Assembly (NCBI RefSeq): GCF_964194025.1
Contig: NC_134477.1
Span: 30,442,001 to 30,506,000, forward strand
Source of the DNA: Convolutriloba macropyga
Taxonomy: Eukaryota
DNA: 64,000 bases
Reading direction: 5' to 3'
Position numbers and translations under genes: made by a program
Shown here: piece after piece, positions 49,890 through 62,165 of the stretch
Layout of the letters: the number at the start of each line of letters is the position of its first letter
Position numbering within the stretch: position 1 is the stretch's first letter
The notes under the pieces: model-generated
What the model was told of the DNA's origin: nothing
Seen by the model: only the letters and a program-made list of their open reading frames with translations
The model's database searches: none

Positions 49890-52800
49890 AACATTTAATT
49901 CCAAAATGTTACACACCATAAAAGTGTTAACCAAATGGCAATGAACAAATCCTAAAATTCATAAAAACAATAAAAACAAATTTTACAACGTTTGGAATAT
50001 TAAGAAAAATATATTGGATACTGAGAAACTAAAACAATGAAAAATTAGAAAAGGTCCCTCAACAAATCGCTATTCCAATGCATTTGGGTCCTTCAAATAT
50101 TCCTTGAAATAGAATTCTTTCAGAAAACCTTTGATGTTTTTTACCTTATCGAGTTTTTGTCTTTGTTCTTATGGAGCTTCATTGTACAATTTCATGGCCT
50201 GCAGCATCAATGATTTATCGAGGAATTCCGAATTACTTTTCATAGTCGGATAAATTTTTCCTGTTCTCGCATTCTGGTTGCACCTGGAAGTTTGCAATTC
50301 ATTGCTGTTGCTCAAAGCTGGTAAATGTTTCCTAACATAGTTCAAGAAAAATACCATGAATCGATATTTGAGAAATTCAACAGGCATGATTATTGCATTT
50401 TCTAAATCAGCCGAGCGATCATACTTTTTTTTGAAACACATTTTTATTCCCCAATTAAGTTGTTTTTCTAAAGTTTTCAACAGATTTTTTCTGATACCAG
50501 CGAGCATAAGAGATGAGTATTGAACTGAACGTGACTCAAAACAAGCGCGTTCAATAGTGCTACTCTAGTTTTTATAGGAAAACAGCTTCTTATATCTTTC
50601 ATGATTTTGATACTGCACGCCATTCTGTGTATTATTCTTTTTGACCTCTTCTCTAAATTTTAATTTTTTGTCCAATATTATTCCTAGATATCTTACAGAC
50701 GACGATTCTCCTGTTCACACCGTGAACATTGAGATATGATGGAGTTCGTGCTTTTTTGATGGAGAAAATACGATATATGTTGTCTTCTTATTGTTCATCA
50801 TTAATTGATGTGATTGGAAGTAACACAATTCTTCAATATTTTGCTCCAAATGACTTCTGGCTATATTTTCATAAGTTTGATAAGAATAGAGGAAAGTGTC
50901 ATCGGCGTACTGGATTACTTGACAATTATCATTATCAATAGCTCTGTGAAGATCATTCACATAAATATTGAACAATAATGGTCCTAATACTGTACCTTGT
51001 GGCACTCCTCTGGTAAGTAAAATCCAGTCAGACTCATTACCTGAGAAAACTACTTTTTGAGTTTGTCTTTCAAATAAGATCTAATCAATTGTGTAGGTAT
51101 TCCGTCGAATCCTTAACATTTCAGTTTTTCTATTATTATTTTGTGTGAGATTGAGTCAAATGCTTTTGAGAGATCAGGGAATGCTCCACAAACTGTCCTC
51201 TTTTTATCCATTTTGGTTCTTTAATATTCCGTACATTGTAGTATGGCATCTGATGTTGACACTATCCAAATTGTTTAGGTGACAGCAAGTTATTTGAGAG
51301 CAAATAGTCATTAATTTGGTTCCGTATAACTTGCCAATGCGCCGGTTACTGATATTGGACGATAGTTAATGGGACCTTTTTTTATAAAGAGGTGATACCA
51401 CAGCTTTTTTGAGGTTAGTCGGAAACGAAGACTCAGAACTAAACTCGCTTATTGAAAAACAGAGAGGCTCCGCAAGGACCGATTGGGCATCTCTCAACGT
51501 CTATGCGAGAATCTTTGAAGGACCCAAAGGTTCACCTTCAACCGTTTTACAAAATACTTCTTTACAAGTAACATTTTTGAAAACAAGCTGATTTGCATTT
51601 CATGTATCAACTGAGAACAATGTTTTATCAGATATTTTTCTTTCACTAAAATATTCTCCCAAAACTGAAACTTGACGTTCAAAAGGTTTGTGATGTCTTT
51701 TCCGTTCCTAATAAGCCTACCGAAGCTGTTACGCAGAGTGTCTATAACAATTCATTGTTTTTCGTTGTTCCTTCTTGTATGAGTTTCCAGCGACTTTTTT
51801 CTATGTTCAAAGCAATTTAGTCTTTTAACAAGAAAGCATCATTTTCTGATTTGAAGTTTTTTCCAGATAGGATTTTTTTTTCTATCCAGGAAAATTTTAG
51901 GTTTATCATTCCTCACTAAACAATTTTTAATGGCCCATGCACATTTATTGCTCGATTGTAATGCGAAATTAGGACATCATTTCGTTAGCTTTCTGTGGCA
52001 TCCAGAAAAGACTGCAATCTGAATTCCGAATATTTTCCTGAAATTTTTCTTTAAAATAGTTCTTTTTGTCGAAGAAAGTTTTTTTTATTTGCTTTTGTTC
52101 CTTGATCAATTTTTCTTCTAATATATCAACTGTTCCGAAACGGTCACTATTCAGGATGCTCTCTGTAACAAAACTTTTTTGAAGTTTTATGTGATGATAT
52201 AATCAATCAGTGTAGTCTTGTTGATACTCTGTCTTGTCCCTATCTTGGTGTAACAGGAGACCAACTTGTACGGAATAAATAGCGTATCTAATTTTCGTTT
52301 TTAGTTCTTCCCAAAAAAGTCAATATTGAGATCGCCCATCAAAATTGTTCGTTTGTTCTCAGCTGCAGCACAGTCAATTCCTAGAGCCAGTTCTGACAAA
52401 CATTTCAGTAAGGTGTTTGATCGGGCAGTGCGAAAGATTTATCAAATACTTTTTTATGAACTCACATTCTACCCAGAAGCGTTCGAAGCGAGATTCGGAG
52501 GTTGTGGTAACGCGTATCCTTGAAAGACGCGCATACTGTTTTAAGGCATTCAGCATACTTCAGACTGGCCCCGGGTTTTGTTGTACATCTCCACTTTGAA
52601 TCATGACAGAAGCCTTAACTATTAAGACAAAACAAATATTTAATGAACGGGTAAAAGAAATTGAAAGAAAAATAAAAGGCGTTCTCTTCTATTGTTTAAC
52701 ATTAAGTGGCACCTCATGAAAATTTTCATACACCAATTCACTTGCAGATACAGTTCGTGAAAATAAAATAAGTACAATAAAGAGACTGAATCTCTTTCAA

Positions 52801-55800
52801 AATTGAAATATAAAACAAGTAATACATCATCTCGCGTTACTATACGAATAATTAAAAATGATTATTTCCTCTGGTGCAGTAAAACGTTTGATTTAATCGT
52901 TTGCGTTGAAAGGGTTGAAATTTGTTTCTATTGAATGATTGGTTGAAAGTGCGATTGTATTGAGTATTTGCAATTACATTGTTTGATGTGAGAAAGTGTC
53001 CTAAAACTGCGTTCTTTAAAAAGGTCCTCCCTGCTGGTAATTAAAATATAAATCATCTCAAAACAGATAGTTGTAGTGGGGTAGTTTCATCGTCATTTAG
53101 TGAATGGGTTATGATTTCAGATTCATATTATTAGCAGAGTTTGCATGAGTTTCAAATTTTTTGAAAGCAGTTATTCGTTCAACTATTGTTATCAAAAGCT
53201 CTGTGAAGATCATTCACAGAAATATTGATCAATAATGGTCCTAATACTGTACCTTGCGGCACTCCTCTGGTAAATAAAATCCAGTCAGACTCATTACCTG
53301 AGAAAACTACTTTTTGAGTTTGTCTTTCAAATAGGATCTAATCAATTGTGTAGATATTCCGTCGAATCCTTAACATTAGTTTTTCTATTAGTTTTTTGTG
53401 TGAGATTGGGTCAAATGCTTTTGAGAGATCAGGGAATGCTCCACAAACTGTCCTCTTTTTATCCATTTTGGTTCTTTAATTTTCCGTACATTGTAGTATG
53501 GCATCTGATGTTGACACTATCCAAATTGTTTAGGTGACAGCAATTTGAGAGCTAATAGTCATTAATTTGGTTCCGTATAACTTGCCAATGCGCCGGTTAC
53601 TGATATTGGACGATAGTTAGTGGGACCTTTTTTATAAAGAGATGAGACCAAAGAAAGCTTTTTTGAGGTCTGTCGGAAACGAAGACTCAGAAATAAACTC
53701 GTTTATTAGAAAACAGAGAGGCGCCGCAAGGACCGATTGGGCATCTCTCAACGCCCATGCGAGAATTTTTGAAGGACCCCAAAGGTTTGTTCACCTTCAA
53801 TCGTTTTATCAAATCATGGACTTCTTTACAAGTAACATATTTGAAAACAAACTGATTTGCATTTACCGTATCAACTGAGAACAATGTTTTATCAAATATT
53901 TTTCTTTCACTAAAATATTCTCCCAAAACTGAAACTTGACGTTCAAAAGGTTTGCGATGTCTTTTCCTTTCATAATAAGCCCACCGAAGCTGTTACGCAG
54001 AGTGTCTATTACAATTCACTGTTTTTCATTGTTCCTAACTTCTTGTATGAGTTTCCAGCGCCTTTTTTCTGTGTTCAAAGCAATTTAGTCTTTTAACAAG
54101 GAAGCATCATGTTCTGATTTGACATTTTTTCCAGATAGGAATTTATTTCTATCCAGGAAAATTTTCGGTTTATCATTCCTCAAAAAACAAGTTTTCAATG
54201 GCGCATGCACATTTTTTGCTCGACTATATTGCAAAATTGGAACATCATTTCGTTAGCTTTTTGTGACATCCAGAAAAGACTCCAATCGGAATTCCGATTT
54301 TATTCCTGAAATTTTTCTTTTAAATAGTTCTTTTTGTCGAAGATAGTTTTTTTATTGGCTTTTGTTTCATGATCAATTTTTCTTCTAATATACCAACTGT
54401 TCCGTAACGATCACTATTCAGGATGCTCTCTTTAACTTTTTGAAGTTTTATGTGATATAATCAATCGGTGTAGTCTTGTTGATACTCTGTCTTGCCCCTA
54501 TCTTGGTGTTACATGAGACCAACTTGTACGGAATAAATAGCGTATCTATTTTTCATTTTTAGTTCTTCCGAAAGAAGTCACTATTGAAATCGCCCATCAA
54601 ATATATTCCTTTGTTTTCAGCTGCAGCACAGTCAGTTCCTAGAGCCGGTTCTGACAGAAACTTTTCAGAAAGGTGTTAGATCGGGCAGTACGAAAGGTTT
54701 GTCAAATACTTTTTTTATTGAACTCACATTCTACCCAGATGCTTTCGAAACGAGATTCGGAGATTGTGGTAAAATCTGTACGTTCTTAAGTTTGAATGAT
54801 CTAGGTATATAGAGCAGCAGACCATCTCCACTTAATTTGTCATGTAATGAAAGATTCCTATCTTTTCTGAAACATTGAAAATTTTCACTGCGTGGTTCCG
54901 AAAAACGGATATCGTCTTTCATTTTGAGCCATGTTTCTGTAAAACCAAAAATTGTGTTTTTTCCCATATCCATTCATCGCTCTAAGGTGGAGTTCTGACC
55001 AATATTCCTACAATTGAGCGCGAAAACCTTTATATTATCCTTAAAAGACGCGCATACTGTTTTAAGGCATTCAGCATACTTCAGACTGGCCCCGGGTTTT
55101 GTTTTACATCTCCACATTGAATCATGATAGAAGCCTTAACTATTAAGACAAAACAAATTTTTAATACTCGGGAAAATGAAAATGAATTTAAAATAAAAGG
55201 CGTTCTCTTCCATTGTATGACACTAAGTGGCACCTCGTGAAAATTGTCATACACAAATTCACTTGCAGACACAGTTCGTGAAGATAAAATAAGTTCCATA
55301 ATGAGACTGAATATCCATTTCCATGAAGTGCCTTCCCTAAACTTCGACATCAAAATTGAAATATAAAACAAGTAATACATCATCTCGCGTTACTATACGA
55401 ATAATTAAAAATGATTATTTCCTCTGGTGCAGTAAAACGTTTGATTTAATCGTTTGCGTTGAAAGGGTTGAAATTTGTTTCTATTGAATGATTGGTTGAA
55501 AGTGCGATTGTATTGAGTATTTGCAATTACATTATTTGATGTGAGAAGAAAGTGTCCTAAAACTGCGTTCTTTAAAAAGGTCCTCCCTGCTGGTAATTAA
55601 AATGTAAATATCTCAAAACAGATAGTTGTAGTGGGGTAGTTTCATCATCATTTAGTGAATGAGTTATGATTTCAGATTCATATTATTAGCAGAGTTTGCA
55701 TAAATTTCAAGTTTTTTGTTGAAAGCAGATATTCTTTCACTACCAATCGAGTTATGATTTGATTGGTGGGATCTCCATTAGCACTAGAAATTTGGGTTTA

Positions 55801-56637
55801 AATTTGTTAGACACTACTTCAACTAATTCAATGTATTCCTTTAAAAGGTTGTTCACATCACGATGTTTTTGTTTTAAAATCTAATTGGTTCCATCTTGCA
55901 AAACAACAGTTTTGAGTTCTATCTCGGAATGTGTTTCTGGAACAGCTATCTTTTCTTTTGTTGTTGAATCTCTATATGCTTGAATGCAGAATTTCCTCCG
56001 GTTTTGAGATATCATTGACCAGATTCTTAACCAAACTACTTCCAAGTAAGAAATTCTCCGTGTTTTCTGGAATATTAAAAGTTGGAAACTTTCTCACCTT
56101 GTATTCGTTAATCAAAGTATGTGGTACTTCCTGATCTTTTTTGTATGTTGCTTGATCACCGTACTGTCTCCTTTCTTTGATGTAAGTGCTGCATTGTATA
56201 ACATAATTCTTTATAAGGTCATCTTTTTCTTCAACTTTTTTGGAAAGGTCAACATAGGTTTGATGAAGTTCGCATTTAGATCATTTCTCGGGGGATTGGA
56301 AGGATAGCATTGCGGTAGAAATGTACAATTTGTTTATGTACAGATGGAAGAATACCAACAATAAGGCTGTAATTCGGAAAAGCAAGCGAAATAATGTATC
56401 TATTCTAAGCAAAAATCATTAGATAAGAACGCGTGTAAAGAGCAAGAAATTTAAAACACGGAGGTTAAAAGAGCAATTCGAGCGATTTAAAACGTAGAAG
56501 CAACTGTAAAGTAAGAATGAAACGTTCGCTTGTGAATGAAACGTTCGCTTGTGAATGAAACGTCCGCTTGTGAATGAAACGTTCGCTTGTAGAATGAAAC
56601 GTTCGCTTGTGAGAATGAAACGTTCGCTTGTGAAATG
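49890..56637 (-). mobile_element. Degenerate CR1/L2-group LINE (esterase ORF1; 2A-like, APE, RT) with internal duplication of about 2.3 kb
   Basis: RT GVPQGTVLGPLLFNIYVNDL and QYADDT (50715-51005 ORF); APE FTETWL, FRKDR (54731-54973 ORF); GDV(K/Q)QNPGP; ORF1 LLGSSLVKNL and VLQDGTN; 50935-53170 repeats as 53195-55730. Confidence 0.85.
56515..56637. repeat. 19-bp tandem repeat GAATGAAACGTTCGCTTGT, about 6 copies (probable 5' UTR of the minus-strand LINE)
   Basis: Read directly; lies just 5' of the minus-strand ORF1. Confidence 0.9.
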
Positions 56638-56659
56638 AGTCAACTGGTCACAAATGAGT

Positions 56660-58150
56660 AAACTGGTCGCAAACAGGACCCTAACTGTTCGCTCAACCCT
56701 GAAGAACTTAATAATATGTTTGCATCAATATTGACGACCGAACATTACACAACGCAGGTTGGGATTGAGTGTACAGGCGTTGACCCGCCACAACTGTCTC
56801 TACACCAAATTTATGCAGCGTTAACTCACTAATACGGCCACTGGTGCTGGTGGCATCCCCACATTGGGTATGGAAAGATGCCCATTCTCTGGCTGAGACA
56901 GTAGTGGAACTGTTAAATACTTCCTTAAAGCTCTCCTGTGTTCCAGAAAGCTTCAATTTAGATAAAATTGTACCCATTCCAAAAGCATCCCAGGCATCAT
57001 CACCTGCAGATTTTAGACCAATATCCATAACCCCAATTCTCGCTGGCATTACAGAACGTCTAATGCTAAAGTGCTGCCTAGCTGATGACTACAACATATG
57101 GCTTCCTTCAAATCAACATGGCTTTCGCAACTGTTCAATTACGACTGCATTACTGGCATTAATTAATAAAATTTTACTTCTAGATGGACAAACTACCGGC
57201 CAATACGTAGCTGTTGATCTTAGTAAAACTTTCTATAGGGCTCCACACTCAATAATAGTTTCAACGAAGCTTCATCGAATTGATCCTAGACCCAACCCGT
57301 ATATTATAGGTTGGATAGATGACTTCCTGAGAAAGGGCTCAATGTTTACAGCATGCTCTGATATGCAATCGAAAATTAGAACAGTCAATCAGGGAGTACC
57401 CCGGGGTACCGTGCTAGGTCCTGTGCTCTTCAATACAGCGACCTATGACATGGAACCCTCTGTAGAAGGCTGTGAAATAATCAAATACGCTGATAATAGC
57501 ACCTTTGTTTATACTTGTTCTACAAATAATAATCCAACCTGCAAGATACTTGAGAACCTACAAACTTGGTGCTCATCGAATTGTTTGTCAATGAATGATT
57601 CGAAAACAAAAGTTTTAACATTGAATCAGAGAAATCAGCCGACTTCTCAAGTCCCCAATGCCAACATAAACCACGTTACCGAGTTAAAACTCCTAGGCGT
57701 CACTATTGACAGCAAATTGAGCTTCCGGAAACAAATCTCATCTCCAAACTCAAACACATGGGTTTCGACACGCATTCAATCAATTCATTGTACTCGCCAC
57801 TTGTATTGAGCACAACCAGTTATGCAATACCAGTATGGGGTTCAGCATGCATATCACTTAGAAAGCATTTAGAACTTATAGATGGACTGCAGCACAGAGC
57901 AGAAAAAATGAACATCATACACAAACTAACCTCCATCCTCGAGATGGGTAATCAAACAGACTGTAATGTTCTGGAACCGGGTCATATCTTGAACAAATTC
58001 ATACCATGCAGATCCAGTTACTCCTCCACTTTGTGATCAGCCTTACCAATGACCTGCTTTAAACTTGAAAGAAACTTGAAAACATTCCCCGCAAGGGGCC
58101 TGTTAATGTCAGTTCGTACCATACATATTCTTCATCTCATCTTTTAATTT
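56660..58150 (+). mobile_element. Degenerate LINE, 3' half (reverse transcriptase)
   Basis: 56844-57809 ORF: IVPIPK, DFRPISITPIL, QHGFR, GVPRGTVLGPVLF, KYADN (catalytic YADD mutated), LKLLGVTIDSKLSF. Confidence 0.9.
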
Positions 58151-58734
58151 GAATTTTGTTATTAAAATTCTCAACTTAGTTTCATTCTCCCTACTATGCT
58201 TTCATCAAACCCGTTCCTGAATTTTGATTAAGGCTGAATTGCCAGCCTCTTGTTTTCCTCTATATGTTTCTAAATTTGAATTTTGGTTGTTTCTAAAATT
58301 TTAATTCAATCTTTCTTTCTTTTAATTCATACACCAATTTATTTGAACGATATTTGAATTCCTGAACGTTTTTGCTTTCTTCCTCATTTGGTAGACAATG
58401 AAGCCGAAAATGTGTGTGGATGAGCGGGTTCGGAACATCATTTGTGAACACACATTACCGAGCCTCCTTGCTAGCAATTAATATTTAGCTGAATTGGGTA
58501 AAAAGTTTCTTGATTATGCATGATTTCTAGCGTTCTCTAAATGAACTCTAGAGCTTTTCTTAAGGTCGTTTGAAGATTGTTACAGTTGTTTTGCAGCTAA
58601 TTTTTCTACAAAACTTGATTCTCTTGACCTGTTTGTTTTTACCTGGGATAATAAAAACTTCGGATTATTATAACAGTTAATATGTAAAAATATTTCTTTG
58701 TTAGATCAGTAGCTTCTTAGTTTCTGTATTTCAG

Positions 58735-58914
58735 GTTGTGGCGCAAATTGCTAAAAAGTGTCTGGCAGACCCGTTTTACACTGATATTGAGAAGGCCAAG
58801 ATTTTCGATAGAATTGGTGTGGTCGATCATCGGTTGAATCAGGGAGCCAATGAATATTTGCAGTTGCTGGACTTGGCCACCACTTTGTTACAAGTCAGTC
58901 ATCAGTCCAAATAA
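58735..58914 (+). CDS. RFC4: RFC4 terminal exon (not in ORF track); total 370 aa
   Basis: TTTCAG acceptor ending 58734, phase 0; VVAQIAKKCLADPFYTDIEKAKIFDRIGVVDHRLNQGANEYLQLLDLATTLLQVSHQSK* resembles the small-RFC C-terminal helices (RL..GA.E.LQL). Confidence 0.9.
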   Translation, partial: VVAQIAKKCLADPFYTDIEKAKIFDRIGVVDHRLNQGANEYLQLLDLATTLLQVSHQSK

Positions 58915-60669
58915 ACAAAAGCATTTGAACGATCGCAAGGACGTGACTGATATTCTACGACGGACTAATTGATAAACTTTTGAACTATGAACTGCCAGTT
59001 GACGCGTATTTGATTTTTTTCTGTCGTAGGATTGTCACTTTTTCTGCGAGATCTGCAGCGATGTGTTGATTTTGTCTTTAATGTTTGTTTCTATTGACTG
59101 ATTTTTTGTGTAATTTGTTAAGTTGTTGCTAATTTCAAATGAATATTCCTCCTTTCTTCTTTTCCCAAGCACTGTAATAGCACTTCCATTCCGGATTATT
59201 CATTGCTGAAATTTCGTGATTTTTTCAATCGCATTTGAAAGTTTGTTTCATTATGCCACAGAACATTAACAAAATGTAAACTTAACAAAACTGAAAATAT
59301 CAAATTAAGCGTACCTCACCATACACTGAGGCGGGTCTGTATTACGAAACGGAAGACTGATCAAATTTCACGTCTCAGTATTGGTAGGTTTATTTCTTAA
59401 AATCAAACTTCTCATAGTTTTGGGTTGGTAACCTCAAGGTTGAAAAAAATTTAGCTTCAAAGATTTGACAGAGCAACCTTTGAGGGTTTATTTTCTTATG
59501 GGTAAGCGACAGAAGAATATTGTTTTTTTTGTGAAAAAGAACATTGTTGTAAACAATCAACAATTTTCTCCGGAGTTTTTGACAAATTGTCCTTCACGTT
59601 GAACTTTTGCATTAAGTTTTAGTTAAATCTGAAGCGAAGTTTGAAGCGATTACTGTTGTCGTTTGGGTCTTTTAATGCAGACGTTTTGCTTGATAGTTGT
59701 GGGTTTAACGCCCTTAATTGACTTTTTTGTGTTTTGCGTGATCGAGAGAGTATTCATCTATGAATTGAAAAATGTGTTAACGGTCTTTAGCATTACAAAC
59801 CTTGATGATGTAATAGTTTTGTGACGCTTTGTTTTACAGTATTGCTGTGTTTTGTTCCAAAATTTTAGTTTAATTCATGTTGAAACTTGCTATGATTCCT
59901 GATCTGTGAAAGTTTTCGTTGCAATTTAATCCAAACATTAATTGTTCCGACCCCACTTGTGGGGGGAGGAACTATATACTCAAATGGGTTTTTTTGTTCA
60001 GACAATTTTGGCCGATCGATATATTCATCGTAGAGAAATAAGAGTGGTATCATTAAAAAGCTCGTCTAGCGTAGAATTCAAAATTCAAAAGATATTTTTT
60101 TGTTTTTCTCAAGGTGTTATCGAGGGTTGAAGTTTTGTGTGAACAACTGGATATTTGGCATGGTTTTGTTCACTTTTAGTACAATTTTCATTCAAATTAA
60201 AACCTTTTAATAAAGATATTAATTCAAAATTCCATTTCTAGCCGCAAATTCAATAAATTTTGAGTTCCTAATAGACGAACGAAAGGCGATAAAAAGACTA
60301 GTTCTGGTCTCATAGGAAAGTACTATCAAAAAAATTCAAATTCTATTTGAGAGCTCTTCTCCTAGAAATTTAATATTTTTCTTTGTTTTCTCAACTCACC
60401 TAGAGACCAGTCACTTTTCATATCGAGGTTCCGTTAGTGACAACCTGAATTACAGTTTAGTGAAGCCCAATGAACAAAAATTGCGTTTTCAAGGAATCAA
60501 TCGTTTTTTTTTGGCTTCGACTCTGAGTTTTCGTAATTTTAAATGAAATTTTGATTTTCTATTTGAGGTTTTACTAAACTTGTGGAGTCCTATGGCTTGA
60601 ACTCGTTGACAAAAAGTGCAATAGTTTCTGAAATCACCACTTAGTGAACCTATCTAGAGCTTTAACTGG

Positions 60670-62165
60670 ACAGCTAATGGCTGTTAAGACTTCAAAACTG
60701 ATTTTTCGCGAATTTTTTTAAACATTAACATATCATAAACTTGTTTTCGTGAATTGTAAGTCATTCTCAGTAATGACAGGATCTCATCTTTTCCACTGCA
60801 ATCAAAATAAATCTGGCGAAATGTTTTATCTTCTAACTATTTGTTATATGTCTTCAATGCAACAAGATTTCAAAATTTTTCAAAAATTTTTTTGGATATT
60901 TTCCTAATATTGGATCCTCTTGAAATCTTATCACATTATCCTGATATTGATATCTCCCATTGGCTTTGTGAACTTTTTCAAGGGATCATGGATAAAGTTT
61001 TCAGAGAAAGACTCATGGTTTAAATGGCTTCGACACTTCTCGCACTTTTCTGATTTTTTGGTTTTTGCCTGTATTTGTTGTTGTTTCCATAGTCATAAGA
61101 CTTATTGATAACGTATGTTTGACAAGTATTGTTGTATTCCAATCAAGTCATAACTGAGCGTATTTACTGACTACCGTTGGAGGCTATTGAATTTAATGGC
61201 TGTTGAGACTTTAAAAATGATTTTTCGAGAAATTTTTTTTAACATCAACCGGTCTTAAGCATATTTTCGTGAACTGTATGCCAGTCTCTTAATCACCGGA
61301 TCCCCTTCCGTTCTACTTGAACCAAAATTAATTTAGTTAGCCGTTTTATATTCCAGCTATTGGTGTTATGACTTCGATGCACGAGTTTTCATAATTTTTT
61401 GAAAAATTTATAGATAATTTTTTATAATTTTGGTTCCTTTTGGAATCCTAACCCATTATCCTAATATTGATAGTTTCATTGGCTTAGAGAAAATTTCAAT
61501 TGATCATACATAAAGTTTTTACAGAAAAGCTCACGGTTTAAATGGCTTCGACACTTTCTTCTTACACTTTTCTACTTAATTTTTGAATTTTTGCCTGTTT
61601 TTGTTGTTGTTGTTTTCACAGTCAATGACTTATCGTGAAGTCTTATTGATGACTTACGAATGACAAACGTCTTTGTCGTCTCATCTAGGCATAACCTGGC
61701 GTATTTATTAGCTTCCTTTAAGAGCTATTGAATTTAATGGCGTTGTGACGCTAAGTGGATCATACATATAGTATTCAGAGAAAAGCTTATGCTTTAAAAG
61801 GCTTCGACACTTTCTTGCACTTTTCTACTTAATTTTTGGGTATTGCCTGTTTTTGTTGGTTTTCATAATCAATGTTTTACTGTAATGTCTTTTTGATGAC
61901 TTATAAACAACAAACATTCTTTTTGTCTCCTCGAGGCCTAACATAGCGTATTTATTAGCTTTCGTTGAAAGCCATTGAATTTAATTGCGTTGATACTACG
62001 GTTTTCTCAAAAATTTCGTGGTTTTAATGTATTTTTTCATGTTTGCTGATTTATTGGAGTCAAATTGTTAAGAAGAAAAAGCCCATGGTCGTTACGAAAT
62101 TAGATAAAAGTAGAAAAATTTTTACTGGAAAGTTCATTTTTTAATGGCTTCGACATATCTCTTGC
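60670..62165. repeat. Degenerate tandem repeat, unit about 520 bp, with shorter deleted copies
   Basis: AATGGCTGTT.AGACTT.AAAA.TGATTTTTCG at about 60677 and 61196; GGCTTCGACA at about 61025, 61544, 61800 and 62146. Confidence 0.7.

Noticed and set aside
56515-56637. CRISPR-like array
   Set aside because: Units are contiguous with no unique spacers; eukaryotic context; same applies to 26635-26762.
56844-57809. Active or domesticated reverse transcriptase gene
   Set aside because: YADD reads YADN, PQG reads PRG, flanks are frameshifted and the element is split by an insertion.
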